Positions 37,324-47,922 of a stretch of DNA of 59,750 nucleotides are shown here, one piece after another. The DNA is taken from NCBI GenBank assembly GCA_964566535.1, contig CAZMIO010000001.1:124001-183750 (forward strand), in the 5' to 3' direction. Position numbers and translations under genes: made by a program. Source of the DNA: an uncultured Methanosarcinales archaeon (GTDB lineage Archaea > Nanobdellota > Nanobdellia > Woesearchaeales > CAZOXR01). The stretch's first letter is position 1. Each line of letters starts with the position of its first letter. The notes below the pieces were generated by a model. That model saw only the letters and a program-made list of their open reading frames with translations. It did not search any database and was not told the origin of the DNA.

Positions 37324-40050
37324 GTGTTTAAGGTGATTGAATTTATTAAAAAAAGGGATGGTAAGAAAGTTAGGTTTGAGAGCAATAAGGTAAATGTTGC
37401 AATTAAGAAAGCATTTCTATCACAAAGTATGCCTAATGACAAATCTGCTGATTCTTTGACTGATCAAGTTGTAAAAGTAATTGGGAGCAAATCATACAAA
37501 GACATTCCTACTGTTGAGAATATCCAAGATATAGTTGAGAATGTTTTAATTCTAAATGGTTATACAGATACTGCAAAGGCCTATATTCTTTATAGGCAGA
37601 AACATAAGGAGATTCGAGAGGAAGAGACTATAGAGAAGATTAAAGAGAATAAGCTATCTGTAAAAAAAGAAGATGGGAGTTTAGTACCATTTAATTCTGT
37701 GATAATTAAGAACAAGGTTTCAAATTTAATTGACGGACTTTCTTTTATTGATATTGATGGGATAGTAACTGAGGTTTCTAAGACTGTTTATGACCAGATA
37801 TTAATTGAGGAGATTGATAAATCTATTTTAAATGCGGTTACGCTTAAGATAGAAAATCACTACAACTATTCGTATCTTGCATCAAGGCTTGTTCTAAATA
37901 AATTGTATAAGATGGGTCTAGGATGTGATTTTAGTTCTAAAGAGCTGTCTTCACTTTATAAGAATAAGTTTGAAGGGTATATTGATAATGGAATAGCAGA
38001 AGGACTATTGAATCCGAAGTTAAAAGAATTTGATTTCGATAAGATTAGTGAGGCAATTGAGGGTAGTCGTGATAGAAATTTTCAGTTCTTAGGACTTCAG
38101 ACAATAAATGATAGGTATCTATTGAGAACTAGGAAGGAAGATAAGGTTTTTGAGCTTCCGCAATGGATGCTCATGAGAGTTGCAATGGGGCTTAGTCTTT
38201 TGGAAGAGGAAAAAGAGAAGTATGCAATAAAATTCTATGAAGTTCTGTCTAAAATGTTAGTTTTATCTTCTACTCCCACTCTTTTTAACAGCGGGACAAC
38301 TCATAGTCAGATGAGTTCCTGCTATGTAAACTCTGCGGAGGATTCAATTGCTGGAATCTTTAAAACATATTCAGATTGTGCGAAACTTTCGAAGTGGGCT
38401 GGTGGGATTGGTACTGATTGGACGCAAATTCGTGCGAAGAATGCTAAGATTCATGGAACTAATGGTGAATCGCAAGGAGTTATTCCTTTTTTAAAAATAT
38501 ATAATGATATTGCGCTAGCAGTCAATCAGGGCGGGAAGAGAAGAGGAGCTATGGCTGCGTATCTTGATATGTGGCACAAGGATGTTGAAGAGTTTTTGGA
38601 ACTTAAAAAAAATACTGGTGATGAAAGAAGAAGGGCTCACGATATACATACTGCTTGTATGATCCCAGACTTATTTATGAAAAGGGTTAAGGAGAATGGA
38701 AAGTGGACTTTGTTTTCTCCCGAGACTGTTCCTGATTTATTGAATTCTTATGGTAAGAAGTTTAATGAAAAGTATGAAGCTTATGAAAGTCAGGATTTAA
38801 GGGGTGCAAAATCAGTTAATGCTGTGGATTTATGGAGGAAATTACTTACTATGCTTTATGAAACGGGACATCCATGGATTACATTTAAGGATTCGATTAA
38901 TGTTAGAAATCCTCAAGATCATGTAGGGATTGTAAGGTCATCTAATCTATGCACAGAGATTACATTGAATACATCAGAGAATGAGACGGCTGTTTGTAAC
39001 TTAGCAAGTATTAATTTGTCTAAGATGATTGAAGGTAAGGAGTTGGATGAAGAGCTGATAAAGGATACTGTTGTTACTGCTATTCGTATGCTTGATAATG
39101 TTATTGACAATAATTTCTATCCTATTCCAGAAGCAAAAGATGCTAATCTTAAACATAGGGCAATTGGATTAGGTGTTATGGGTTATCAAGATGCATTGTA
39201 TCAACTAAGAATTCATTTTGATTCTGACGAGAACATTGAGTTTGCAGATAAATCAATGGAGATGGTCTCTTACTATGCAATTATGGGGAGTAGTCTTCTT
39301 GCAAAGGAAAGAGGGCAATATAAAAGTTATAAGGGAAGTAAGTGGGATAGGGGAATTTTTCCTCTTGATAGTGTTAAGTTGCTTGAGGAGGAGAGGGGAA
39401 TGAGTATTCCAATATCTAAAGAGAGTAGGATGGATTGGGAAGAGTTGAAGAAACAAGTAGCTGAGAACGGTATGAGGAATTCTAATTGTATGGCGATTGC
39501 GCCAACTGCAACTATTGCGAATATTGCAGGAACTACTCCTTGTGTAGAACCTACGTTCAAGAATATTTATATGAAGGAGAATCTGTCTGGGAATTTTGTT
39601 GTTGTGAATAAATACCTTATTGATACTCTTTATGAACAAGGTATATGGGATAGTGATATTTTAACTAAGATTAAGATTAATAATGGATCTATTCTTGGGA
39701 TTGATGAAATATCTGCTGATATTAGAAATAGGTATAAAGAAACATTTGAGATTGACCCTAAATGGATTTTGGGGGCGGCTGCTCACAGAGCAAAGTGGAT
39801 TGATCAGTCGGCTTCTACTAACATATTTATTAAGACTACAAGTGGCAAGGTAATTAATGACCTGTACTTTATGGCATGGGAATTAGGACTTAAGACTACT
39901 TATTATTTAAGAACGCTTGCAGCATCGCAAGTTACAAAGACTGCGATAATTGAAAAAGAATCTATTGTGAAAGAGAAAAAGGAAATTGAGATAAAAGAAC
40001 AGGTGAAGGTGTGTAGTATTAGTGACCCTGATTGTGAATCCTGTCAGTGA
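37324..40050 (+). CDS. nrdA: Ribonucleoside-diphosphate reductase class Ia alpha subunit with two ATP cones
   Basis: KKRDG and KKEDG cones, STPTLFN, SSCY, SNLCTEI, APTATI, KTTYYLR, C-terminal CESCQ. Confidence 0.96.
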   Translation: MFKVIEFIKKRDGKKVRFESNKVNVAIKKAFLSQSMPNDKSADSLTDQVVKVIGSKSYKDIPTVENIQDIVENVLILNGYTDTAKAYILYRQKHKEIREEETIEKIKENKLSVKKEDGSLVPFNSVIIKNKVSNLIDGLSFIDIDGIVTEVSKTVYDQILIEEIDKSILNAVTLKIENHYNYSYLASRLVLNKLYKMGLGCDFSSKELSSLYKNKFEGYIDNGIAEGLLNPKLKEFDFDKISEAIEGSRDRNFQFLGLQTINDRYLLRTRKEDKVFELPQWMLMRVAMGLSLLEEEKEKYAIKFYEVLSKMLVLSSTPTLFNSGTTHSQMSSCYVNSAEDSIAGIFKTYSDCAKLSKWAGGIGTDWTQIRAKNAKIHGTNGESQGVIPFLKIYNDIALAVNQGGKRRGAMAAYLDMWHKDVEEFLELKKNTGDERRRAHDIHTACMIPDLFMKRVKENGKWTLFSPETVPDLLNSYGKKFNEKYEAYESQDLRGAKSVNAVDLWRKLLTMLYETGHPWITFKDSINVRNPQDHVGIVRSSNLCTEITLNTSENETAVCNLASINLSKMIEGKELDEELIKDTVVTAIRMLDNVIDNNFYPIPEAKDANLKHRAIGLGVMGYQDALYQLRIHFDSDENIEFADKSMEMVSYYAIMGSSLLAKERGQYKSYKGSKWDRGIFPLDSVKLLEEERGMSIPISKESRMDWEELKKQVAENGMRNSNCMAIAPTATIANIAGTTPCVEPTFKNIYMKENLSGNFVVVNKYLIDTLYEQGIWDSDILTKIKINNGSILGIDEISADIRNRYKETFEIDPKWILGAAAHRAKWIDQSASTNIFIKTTSGKVINDLYFMAWELGLKTTYYLRTLAASQVTKTAIIEKESIVKEKKEIEIKEQVKVCSISDPDCESCQ

Positions 40051-40057
40051 GGTGAAT

Positions 40058-41125
40058 ATGATGAGTGTTAAATTATTTGAGAGTGATTTTGAGGAGATTA
40101 GCAAGGGCTCTAATATTGATAGGATCAATAAAAGGAGGATAATAAATGGTGAAGATGATGGACTAATGCAGGTCTCTCCACTAAAACATCCTTTTGCTGA
40201 TGAAATATTTAAAACAATGCTTAAGAATACCTGGGTTCCTCAGGAGGTTCAGATGGCAAAAGATATTGAGATGTGGGAAAGTGCTACTAGTCTTACTGAA
40301 AAAGAAAGGGAAGTTTACAAAAGGAGTCTTGCGTTTGTTTCTAATCTTGATGGGATTCAGACAAATAATCTTGTTTCAAACATATGTAAACATATTACAT
40401 CTCCAGAGGTTACTCTTGCTGTGGTTAGACAGGCTTATGAGGAAGCATTACATGTTCATGCATATTCCACAGTGGTTGAGACGCTAAATCTTGATCCTGA
40501 GGAAGTTTATGGGCTTTATAGAAAAGATAAAGATTTATTTAACAAAAACAAAAAGGTTTTAGCTGCAGTTAGTAAGATTGCTGATAGTAGTTTTAAGACT
40601 GGAACTTTAGAAGGTGATCAAACTTTTCTTGAGGCTTGTGTTGGGAATATTATTTTGGAAGGGATTTACTTTTATTCTGCTTTTTTAATCTTTTATATAT
40701 TTAGGAGGAATAATAAGATGCCTGGTTCTGCTGAGATGATACAATTCATAAACAGGGATGAAGATATGCATCTTCAGCTTTTTATCAATATTACAAATAA
40801 GATTGCTGAGGAACAACCAGAACTTTGGACTGAAGAATTTAAGAAAAAAATGACTCAAAATATTATTGATGCAGTTGAGCTTGAATATTCGTGGGGAGTT
40901 GCTTGTATTGGTGATGGGATTTTAGGTTTGAATCCATCTAACTTGAAAGAATATTTACAGTTTGTTGGAGATATGAGATTGGTTTCTGTTGGTTTGCCAA
41001 AAGTGTTTAATTCAACTAATCCTTTTCCGTGGATTGATGATATCACTCAGAGTTCGATGATTGAAGTTAATTTCTTTGAGGGGACTGTTAAGGAATATTC
41101 TGTTGGGTCGCTTGAGTGGGATTGA
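40058..41125 (+). CDS. nrdB: Ribonucleoside-diphosphate reductase class Ia beta subunit
   Basis: Diiron ligands LD, EEALH, LEGIYFY, RDEDMH; radical Tyr (HVHAY); NFFE...EY tail; GAGGTGA RBS. Confidence 0.96.
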   Translation: MMSVKLFESDFEEISKGSNIDRINKRRIINGEDDGLMQVSPLKHPFADEIFKTMLKNTWVPQEVQMAKDIEMWESATSLTEKEREVYKRSLAFVSNLDGIQTNNLVSNICKHITSPEVTLAVVRQAYEEALHVHAYSTVVETLNLDPEEVYGLYRKDKDLFNKNKKVLAAVSKIADSSFKTGTLEGDQTFLEACVGNIILEGIYFYSAFLIFYIFRRNNKMPGSAEMIQFINRDEDMHLQLFINITNKIAEEQPELWTEEFKKKMTQNIIDAVELEYSWGVACIGDGILGLNPSNLKEYLQFVGDMRLVSVGLPKVFNSTNPFPWIDDITQSSMIEVNFFEGTVKEYSVGSLEWD

Positions 41126-41187
41126 AATGTTTGTCACTCATTAAATTTAAATAACATTTTTATAGGAATGTATATTAATTTGAGTTT

Positions 41188-42081
41188 ATGGCAGAAACTC
41201 ACCCAATATTATACATCCCAGAACCAATTAAGACAGGATATTCTGATTATCATATAGGCAAGATTGTAGAAGGCGGGATCCCATTAGTTAGTCCAGAAGG
41301 AGCTATAACATCTCAAGATATTGGTAGTTTTGTAATTGGGGAGTTAGCAAGGAATGAGGGTATTGCTGCTGCAGTTATTCATTATTATGTTACTGATGAT
41401 GACACCTCATTAGATGGTGTTCAAAGAATGAATAGTGCAATTGAAACAGTCAGGAATATTTGGAAAAGTAATGAACCTCGAACAGAAGGGAGTATTAATG
41501 CGTGGGAATTAATGGGTAATTTAAGGAGAGATTATACACATAACTTAGGAGAAGTCGCAAGTGTTGTTGGTCCAGGATTAGTTAATAGGATAAAACATGT
41601 TCGGGGAGAAGATTTCCCAATTGTAGTATATACTGCTGCAAAAAAAGATAGCGGTAACCCTTTACCAGGAATTCCAAAAGGAGTTTACGTTGTAAATATG
41701 GACGCAGTATCTAATTATCTCTTGGCACTCACAAAAATCTTCACTGGAGCTTCTAGTACTGATTTTGAAACATCTGAATATTCAACAACTTTTTCATGGG
41801 ACAGAGTAGATGTTTTTGGCTATACAGTTTCTTTGAGTTCTTTACCTGAAGATGTTAGAGGGAATATTGAAGTTGAAATGACCGCAAGGTATGTTGAAAT
41901 TGTTGCAGAAGAAGCAAAACAAGATGCAAGAATTAGGGCAAATCAAGATGGGGATAGAAGAGAAGCAATTGATAAATTTTGTAGAGGAATGCAAAGACAA
42001 GGTGTATACGTTTTTCCCACAGATTTGGGTGGATTTTTCCCAAAAAGCCTCTCATTAGCTGGAATACGTACTAGAAATTAA
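41188..42081 (+). CDS. Hypothetical protein with a weak receiver-domain-like segment
   Basis: GPGLVNRIK....DFPIVVYTA resembles the REC alpha3-beta4 region; otherwise unrecognised. Confidence 0.6.
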   Translation: MAETHPILYIPEPIKTGYSDYHIGKIVEGGIPLVSPEGAITSQDIGSFVIGELARNEGIAAAVIHYYVTDDDTSLDGVQRMNSAIETVRNIWKSNEPRTEGSINAWELMGNLRRDYTHNLGEVASVVGPGLVNRIKHVRGEDFPIVVYTAAKKDSGNPLPGIPKGVYVVNMDAVSNYLLALTKIFTGASSTDFETSEYSTTFSWDRVDVFGYTVSLSSLPEDVRGNIEVEMTARYVEIVAEEAKQDARIRANQDGDRREAIDKFCRGMQRQGVYVFPTDLGGFFPKSLSLAGIRTRN

Positions 42082-42152
42082 TTTTATATATCTTTTTATA
42101 TCTATATATTATCCCGCAAACTTTAAATACCCTCCCCGTTTCTTTTAGTGCT

Positions 42153-45062
42153 ATGATTGATAAATATGTGCCTACTGAGACTGAGAAAGAGATTTTGAAG
42201 TTTTGGGAAAAGAATGAGATTTATAAAAAGGCTAAGGAGAAGAATGAAGGGAAGAAGAGTTTCTATTTCTTAGATGGACCTCCGTATACTTCTGGTAAGA
42301 TTCATTTAGGTATTGCTTGGAATAAGTCGCTTAAAGATTCTGTTCTTAGGTATAAACGGATGGCAGGTTTTGATGTGTGGGACAGGGCTGGTTATGATAT
42401 GCACGGCCTGCCTACGGCTCACAAGGTTATGGATAAATTGGAGATGAGGCATAAAGAAGATATTCCTAAGTATGGCGTTGATAAGTTCATTAAAGAGTGT
42501 AAGAAATTGTCTCTAGGGAACTTAGAGATGATGAATAAGGATTTTGACAGACTAGGAGTATGGATGGATTTTAAGAATCCATACAAAAGTGTTGATAATA
42601 GTTTTATGGAAGGTGAGTGGTGGCTGATAAAGAAGGCTTTTGAGAATGAGCGGTTGTATGAAGGGGAGAAGACGATGCACTGGTGCTCAGGTTGTGCTAC
42701 TTCCCTTGCAAAGCATGAGTTAGAGTATAAGAATGTTAAGGATAATTCTATTTTTGTCAAGTTTAAGGTTAAAGGTAAGAAGGATGAGTATTTGATAATT
42801 TGGACAACAACTCCGTGGACTTTGTCTTTTAATTTAGCTGTGATGGTTCATCCAGAACTTGATTATGTTAGAGTTAAAGTTGGTAAGGAAATTTGGGTTC
42901 TTGCTAAGGGACTTTCCAATGCTTTTTTATCTGGTGTTGTGGATACTAAGTTTGAAATAATTGAAGAGTTTAAAGGGGAGGAGCTTAAAGGTGTTAAGTA
43001 CGTTCATCCTTGGTTGAAAGATATTAAGCCATTTTCTGAGATTGAGTCAAAGAAATTACATTCAGTTGTTTTATGTGCTGAATATGTTGATTTGAGTGCA
43101 GGTTCTGGGTTAGTTCACACTGCTCCTGGATGTGGGCCTGAGGATTATGAAGTTGGACATAGAGAAGGATTGCCTCCATTTAATAATCTGAAGGAGGATG
43201 GAACGTTTCCTGATGATATGGGGCAGTTTTCTGGGCTCCGAGCTAAGAAAGATGATGAGAAGTTTATTGAAGCGCTTGAAGATAGTTTAATTGCTACAAC
43301 TCCTGTTGAGCATGAATATGCACACTGCTGGAGATGTCGTAAGCCCGTAATATTTAGGACGACAAAGCAGTGGTTCTTCAAAGTTGAGGATATGAAGGAA
43401 GATATGCGGAAGTTGAATAAGAAGATAGAATGGGTGCCTGATTGGGCAGGTAATAATTGGTTTGATTCATGGCTGAATAATTTGCGTGATAATGGAATTA
43501 CAAGGCAGAGATATTGGGGAACTCCACTTCCAATATGGAGATGTGAATGTGGAGAGTTTGATGTTATTGGTTCTGCTAAGGAGCTTAAGAAACTGGCTGG
43601 AGAGATTCCTAAAGATCTGCACAGGCCTTGGATTGATGAGGTTAAGTATAAATGTTCATGTGGTAAAGAGAAAGTAAGGATACCGGACATATTAGATGTG
43701 TGGATTGATTCTGGGGTAGCATCATGGACGTGTTTAGATTATCCGCAGAAAGAAGAGATGTTTAAGAAATTATGGCCAGCTGACTTTATACTTGAAGGTA
43801 AGGATCAGATTAGAGGGTGGTTTAATTTGCTTTTTGTTGCTTCTATGGTTGGATTAGAGAAGCCTAGCTATAAGTCTGTTTACATGCATGGTTTTATTCA
43901 AGATTCATCAGGGAGAAAGATGTCTAAATCGTTAGGTAATATTATTTCACCTTACGAAGTTATTGATGAGTATGGTTCAGACACTTTGAGATATTATATG
44001 ATCGGTGGGGCTAATGCTGGGCTTGACATTAACTATAATCCTGAGGATTTGAAGGTTAAGTATAAGTATTTGTTTGTGATTTGGAATTTGCACAAATATT
44101 TGATTGATTTATGTTCAACTTATAAGATTGATCCGGTTAGTTTGAAGGCTGGAAAGTTAGGTGTTGAGGAAGAGTTTATCTTTTCTAAGTTGAACAATAC
44201 GATTAAGAATGTTACTTCGTTGTTTGATAAGTATAAGATTGATGAAGTTCCTTTGTTAATTGAGGAATTGTTTTTGGCGTTAAGTAGAACTTATATTCAG
44301 TCAGTTAGGGATAAGTTGAGCGGTGATGGAAGAGATGTTGTTGTTTATACACTCTATAATGTTTTGATGGAGGGTTTGAAGTTGTTTGCTCCTATTGTTC
44401 CTTTTATTACTGAGACTGTTTATTTGAATTTGAAAGAGGAGTTTAAGCTTGAAGAAGAGAGCGTGCATATGTTTGATTGGCCTAGTGCGGATGAGAAGAA
44501 GATTGATGATAAATTGGAGGAGTATGTTGATGTTTCGCAGAGTATTATACAAGTTATGTTGTCTGGTAGAGAGAAGATGCAGCTTGGAGTAAGATGGCCG
44601 ATAAAGGAAGCCATTTTTGTTACTGAAGATAATAATATCGTTAGTGCTGTTAAGAGGCTTGAGGATAATATTAAGACTAAGACTAACGTTAAGAAGATAG
44701 TGGTGCAGAATAGTGCTGGTGGGAAAGGAGATTTTGAGATGGTGGAGTATAAGAGCTGTAAGATTTACATTAATAAGGAGAGGAATGATGAATTAGATGC
44801 AGAAGGTTATGCTAGGGAAGTTATGAGAAGGGTTCAAGTTCTTCGTAAGAAAGCTGGACTGCAGAAGAAGGATGAGATTAAGTTGGCTATAAAAGTTGAT
44901 GATAAGCTTTCAGGTATGTTGTCTGGTTGGTCTGATGCTATAAAGGATAAGGTTGGTGCTAAGTCTATTGAAGTTGGTAGTGAGGTTAAAGGTGAGTATA
45001 AGGAGAGTTCTAAAGAGAAAGTTAAGGGTAAGGAGTTTGAGTTGTTTTTTGAAGTTGTTTAA
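42153..45062 (+). CDS. ileS: Isoleucine--tRNA ligase (archaeal/eukaryote type)
   Basis: DGPPYTSG.IHLG, WTTTPWTL, GLVHTAPG, RQRYWG, DQIRGWF, KMSKS. Confidence 0.98.
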   Translation: MIDKYVPTETEKEILKFWEKNEIYKKAKEKNEGKKSFYFLDGPPYTSGKIHLGIAWNKSLKDSVLRYKRMAGFDVWDRAGYDMHGLPTAHKVMDKLEMRHKEDIPKYGVDKFIKECKKLSLGNLEMMNKDFDRLGVWMDFKNPYKSVDNSFMEGEWWLIKKAFENERLYEGEKTMHWCSGCATSLAKHELEYKNVKDNSIFVKFKVKGKKDEYLIIWTTTPWTLSFNLAVMVHPELDYVRVKVGKEIWVLAKGLSNAFLSGVVDTKFEIIEEFKGEELKGVKYVHPWLKDIKPFSEIESKKLHSVVLCAEYVDLSAGSGLVHTAPGCGPEDYEVGHREGLPPFNNLKEDGTFPDDMGQFSGLRAKKDDEKFIEALEDSLIATTPVEHEYAHCWRCRKPVIFRTTKQWFFKVEDMKEDMRKLNKKIEWVPDWAGNNWFDSWLNNLRDNGITRQRYWGTPLPIWRCECGEFDVIGSAKELKKLAGEIPKDLHRPWIDEVKYKCSCGKEKVRIPDILDVWIDSGVASWTCLDYPQKEEMFKKLWPADFILEGKDQIRGWFNLLFVASMVGLEKPSYKSVYMHGFIQDSSGRKMSKSLGNIISPYEVIDEYGSDTLRYYMIGGANAGLDINYNPEDLKVKYKYLFVIWNLHKYLIDLCSTYKIDPVSLKAGKLGVEEEFIFSKLNNTIKNVTSLFDKYKIDEVPLLIEELFLALSRTYIQSVRDKLSGDGRDVVVYTLYNVLMEGLKLFAPIVPFITETVYLNLKEEFKLEEESVHMFDWPSADEKKIDDKLEEYVDVSQSIIQVMLSGREKMQLGVRWPIKEAIFVTEDNNIVSAVKRLEDNIKTKTNVKKIVVQNSAGGKGDFEMVEYKSCKIYINKERNDELDAEGYAREVMRRVQVLRKKAGLQKKDEIKLAIKVDDKLSGMLSGWSDAIKDKVGAKSIEVGSEVKGEYKESSKEKVKGKEFELFFEVV

Positions 45063-45115
45063 ACAAAAACTATATATAGTCTAATTTCTAGAATTAGTTA
45101 TAGAGGTGGTTTAAT

Positions 45116-45634
45116 ATGGTAGATGCTAACTTACTTGTAACTTTTGATCCTAGTCATGCTGGTAGTGCTAAGGATGAGATTGATATGGTTCTTAAGGAGA
45201 TTAAGAAAAAGGCTAAACATCTTGATTCAGAGGTAGATGGGTTGTTTAAGTTGAATGTTGCTAATCCTAAAGGTGCTGTTAAGTCTTTGAATAAGCTTTT
45301 TGCTAAGAAAGCTGAGTTGTTTGAGAAAACATGCCATTGGATTCCTATTGATAAGTGGGTTAAGACTTCTATTAAGGATATGCAAAAAGAGATTAAGAAG
45401 ATGCAGGTGAAAATTAAGAAGACTGACAAGTGGAAATTGTCTCTTGCTAAACGGAAGTATGACAAACATGGAACTATGGAATTAGTTATGAAATTAACTG
45501 AGGTTATTGATAAGCCGAATGTTGACCTTAAGAAGCCTAAGAAGATAATGCAGGTTGAGATTATTGGTAATAAGGCTGGACTTGCTTTGTTGAATTCCGA
45601 TGAGTTTTTGAATACTATGACGGGGAAGAAGTAA
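45116..45634 (+). CDS. THUMP-domain RNA-binding protein
   Basis: NLLVTFD, IPIDKWV, VDLKKP.KIMQVEIIGNKAGL. Confidence 0.85.
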   Translation: MVDANLLVTFDPSHAGSAKDEIDMVLKEIKKKAKHLDSEVDGLFKLNVANPKGAVKSLNKLFAKKAELFEKTCHWIPIDKWVKTSIKDMQKEIKKMQVKIKKTDKWKLSLAKRKYDKHGTMELVMKLTEVIDKPNVDLKKPKKIMQVEIIGNKAGLALLNSDEFLNTMTGKK

Positions 45635-46092
45635 TGGCTAAGAAGACAATATCTAAAGATACTCCGCTTGCTGAATTGACTTTAAGACGGTATGAGAAGC
45701 CTACTAATTTGGCTGGTAGGGATTTGATAAGGAAGTTGTGCTTGTCGATGGGGTTATTGCAGCCTGGCGATTCTAGGGATGTTGTTGTTGATGTTCTTTC
45801 TGTAATTCTTAAGTCTAAGAGAGAGTTAGGGAGTAGGGAAGTTGAGGAGTTGGTTATTGAGTCACGGAAGAACCATAGTCTGCCTGTGAAGGGGGTTGCT
45901 TCTTCTAATATTAGGAGACAGTTGAAGAGGTTAAGGGATATATTTCTGATTGATAAGGTTGCGAATAACTATAGGATGCATGAAAATGCTTCGCTTAGTG
46001 AGATTTTTGAGGAGAAGATTGAGAAGTATTATTTGCAGAATATTGTTGGGAGGGTAAAAGAGTATGTTAGTAAATTGGATGAGCACGTCTAG
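45634..46092 (+). CDS. Conserved hypothetical protein, probable winged helix
   Basis: LTLRRYEKP, CLSMGLLQPGDSRD, SNIRRQLKRLR..FLIDK. Confidence 0.7.
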   Translation: MAKKTISKDTPLAELTLRRYEKPTNLAGRDLIRKLCLSMGLLQPGDSRDVVVDVLSVILKSKRELGSREVEELVIESRKNHSLPVKGVASSNIRRQLKRLRDIFLIDKVANNYRMHENASLSEIFEEKIEKYYLQNIVGRVKEYVSKLDEHV

Positions 46093-46151
46093 GTAAATAA
46101 TTTGTTGGTATGAAATATATAGGTACAGCTTAGAAAATCTTAATCGGAGAA

Positions 46152-46373
46152 TTATTCTTCGTCGTCTTCGTCGTCTTTGTCTTTATCCTTGTCGTCCTTA
46201 TCGTCGTCATCGTCGTCTTCTTTTTTATCTTTGTCTTCGTCTGCGTCTTCATAGCCTTTCATGAAGCCTTCTTCTTCTGGGCTCATTTCGTCATCTTCTA
46301 CTAGGTCTTTTCTACCTTCTGTATCGTAGACTGATTCTCCTTCTTTCTCTTCAACATATTCTTCGTCTGCCAT
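46152..46373 (-). CDS. Small, highly acidic protein
   Basis: VYDTEGRKDLVEDDEMSPEEEGFMKGY core with a D/K-rich tail; own TATA box. Confidence 0.75.
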   Translation of the reverse strand: MADEEYVEEKEGESVYDTEGRKDLVEDDEMSPEEEGFMKGYEDADEDKDKKEDDDDDDKDDKDKDKDDEDDEE

Positions 46374-46477
46374 ATTTCTAGTTTTCTTATAACTTATTTA
46401 AAAAAGTTTCGTTATTGTGGTAACAGTAGCTAGTTATTTAGAAAACTTTATATAACTGTTATATCAGAATTAGGGTT

Positions 46478-47920
46478 ATGGCAATAAAAAACAGGTTGAT
46501 TTTCTTAATTATGGCAGTAATCTTGATTCCTTTTGTGTTTGCAGAGATAAAGATTGAGCCAATTGAGATAGAAAACTATAATCTTGGAGATACTATCAAT
46601 GTTAAGACTACTATAAAAGAAACTGATTCCCTTACTGGTATGTTGAAGCATACCATCAATTGTGGAGATTATGCGCTGACTTATGCCGTTACTCCATTGA
46701 TTCTTGAATATGATGTTGAGAAAGATGTTGAAACGTCAGTATTGTTGATTGGACAGATGGATGGTGGGTGTGAGATTGTTGCTGGTTTTGAATCTTTAGA
46801 TGGATTGTTTACAGAAGAGGAGAGGTCTAATATTCTTACTGTTTCTAGTGAGTTAGATGTTGAGATTTTAATGGATAAGGTTGAATTTTTACCTCAAGAG
46901 AATATTGTTGTTGGAGGTACTGTTAAAACAAAGAGCGGTGAGAATGTTGATGGAGTTCAGATGACTGTCAACTTTCAAAATAAAGATTATATTGTTGATG
47001 TAGATGATGGGAAGATTGCTACTAAGATAGAGGTTTTGGCCAGCATGAACTCAGGAACTCATAATATGTTTTTTATTGTAGAAGATAAGAATGGAAATAG
47101 GAAGGAGTTTACTAAGGAAATTACAATAGTTGCTGTGCCTTCCAGAATAAGGTTGGAGTTAGCTAAGAAAGATGTTGACCCTTTAGAGACATTGGCTATA
47201 ACGCCTTATGTACATGACCAGTCTGATACTCCAATTCCTGATGTGGTTAAAATTGAGATAATTGATGCAAAGAGAAGAAAGGTTGTTGATGAAGAAGTTT
47301 CTTCAAATGTTGCATATAATTTTGTTGTTGAGCCAGCATCGGTTCCTGGAGAGTATATAGTAAAGATTTCTAAAGATAGATTGAAGAAAGAAGAAAACTT
47401 TATTGTTAATGAGGTTGAGGATATTGATGTTCAGCTTGAAGGGAATATTGTGGTAATAAAGAACATTGGAAATGTTGTTTATAAGGATTCAACAACTATA
47501 ATTTTAGAAAATGAAGATAATAAATATATTTTGAATAAAAAGTTGAATTTGAAGCCTGGAGAGATTTTAGAGATTGATTTATCAAAAGAAGTCAAAGAAG
47601 ATGTTTATGATATAACAATTCCTACATCTAAGGATGGGTCTAAGGTTATCGAGGATACAAAGATAAGTGATAACAGGGGAGTTATTAAGAAAGTTGGCCA
47701 GGGTATTGGTGGCATAACTGGATTTTCAACTGCAGCTAAAACTAAAGGGTCTGGAAAAGGGTACTTAGCATTTATAGCCATTATAATCATCGTTGTTGTG
47801 ATTGTAGGTTATTTTTGGAAGGGGTCTGGTGGTGGAGATGTTCAGAAGGGAGAGAAGGTTGACTTTGGTGCAGTTGAGCAGGGAAAGAGTGAATCAGTTT
47901 CAGAGTTTAAAGATAACTAA
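46478..47920 (+). CDS. Cell-surface protein: signal peptide, beta-rich Ig-like repeats, C-terminal TM
   Basis: N-terminal signal (VFA|E), GITGF upstream of the C-terminal TM helix. Confidence 0.75.
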   Translation: MAIKNRLIFLIMAVILIPFVFAEIKIEPIEIENYNLGDTINVKTTIKETDSLTGMLKHTINCGDYALTYAVTPLILEYDVEKDVETSVLLIGQMDGGCEIVAGFESLDGLFTEEERSNILTVSSELDVEILMDKVEFLPQENIVVGGTVKTKSGENVDGVQMTVNFQNKDYIVDVDDGKIATKIEVLASMNSGTHNMFFIVEDKNGNRKEFTKEITIVAVPSRIRLELAKKDVDPLETLAITPYVHDQSDTPIPDVVKIEIIDAKRRKVVDEEVSSNVAYNFVVEPASVPGEYIVKISKDRLKKEENFIVNEVEDIDVQLEGNIVVIKNIGNVVYKDSTTIILENEDNKYILNKKLNLKPGEILEIDLSKEVKEDVYDITIPTSKDGSKVIEDTKISDNRGVIKKVGQGIGGITGFSTAAKTKGSGKGYLAFIAIIIIVVVIVGYFWKGSGGGDVQKGEKVDFGAVEQGKSESVSEFKDN

Positions 47921-47922
47921 AA

